Positions 63,241-64,000 of a stretch of 64,000 bases of DNA are shown here, piece after piece. The stretch spans positions 733,016-797,015 of the forward strand of contig RDEW01000024.1 in NCBI GenBank assembly GCA_011109175.1, given 5' to 3'. A program made the translations under genes and the position numbers. Position 1 is the stretch's first letter. Each line of letters begins with the position of its first letter. The notes under the pieces are model-generated. The model worked only from the letters and a program-made list of their open reading frames with translations, was not told the origin of the DNA and did not search any database. This DNA comes from Dicyema japonicum. Its lineage: Eukaryota > Animalia > Dicyemida.

Positions 63241-63516
63241 TTATATTAGCAGTGGAAAGGATTTTTCTGTGGGGAACATCTACTGAGTCTCCAAGTAGTG
63301 AACCAACTTTTTTATGCCTTCTCCATGATTCATCGTAAGTGCGTACAACTCGTACAAGTTTTGTATATTCAGTTTTGTCATGGTTGACAACTAAAAACCA
63401 TTTAGAAAAGTCACTTGGTAAATTCTGATGAAGAAATTTAATATTTTCAGAAACAAGGTCAAGATCGTCTGCATATATTAACTCGATTATTTTGTTATTC
63501 TCAATCGAAGGCCTGC

Positions 63517-64000
63517 TTCTTATTTATTTATTATTATTAAATAATTATTTATTAAATAAATAAACGAGCTTTTCATGTCACGTGCGACTTTTTTGAATTT
63601 GTTTAACAACGCACCATCTCACGTGATAAAAATTTTGGCTTATTTCATAAATAAACAAAATTGTTTAAAGATCAAAGATAAAACTAAACTAATTAATTCC
63701 TTGTTCCAGACGCGTTCTAGCAAGACCTTCCCTCAAGAACAATGATCCAGAGGGCGTCGTCCGTGGAGTTGAGGTCAATTTCAGAACTTGTCGCCAGGGA
63801 AAGAAATTGTCCCCCATTATGAATAGTTGGATCCTTTTGAATGATGGCCAGGTATTGGGCGTCTCNTTATTTATTTATTATAATTAAATAATTATTTATT
63901 AAATAAATAAACGAGCTTTTCATGTCACGTGCGACCTTTTTGAATTTGTTTATCAACGCACCATCCCACGTGATAAAAATTTTGGCTTATCTCATAAATA
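63517..64000. repeat. ~135-bp duplication (63517/63868), second copy after a single N
   Basis: ttatttatttatta...cacgtgataaaaattttggcttat occurs twice. Confidence 0.85.

Overview
AT-rich eukaryotic draft scaffold (six N-gaps plus several single-N joins), about 10% host coding sequence embedded in transposon debris. All reconstructable host genes are split by ultra-short GT-AG introns of 20-27 nt, so the ORF track fragments them. Manual splicing gives: a metazoan-type FoxK (FHA + forkhead, minus 453-1434); DEAD-box helicase DDX51/Dbp6 (plus 7806-9392, 8 introns); an orphan ~390-aa predicted type II membrane protein (minus 22256-23494); and two cathepsin L-like proteases (29364-30662 disrupted, 46504-47672 intact). 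The cathepsins lie in a ~12-15 kb diverged segmental duplication. Metazoan FoxK plus 20-27 nt introns best fits a dicyemid mesozoan (inference). The rest is degenerate mobile DNA: Ingi/I-group LINEs (two with 2A-like motifs before the endonuclease), RTE, CRE and R4/Dong-like non-LTR elements, Tc1, several hATs, integrase remnants and a tRNA-derived SINE family. There are also intron-retaining gene relics (WD40, LRR, kinase-like, discoidin-like). The most notable observations are stop codons in all well-supported 3n introns, apparent exonisation or sliding of a 27-nt intron in one cathepsin paralog, the orphan membrane gene and the SINE. All alignments and translations were done by eye; no database searches were run.
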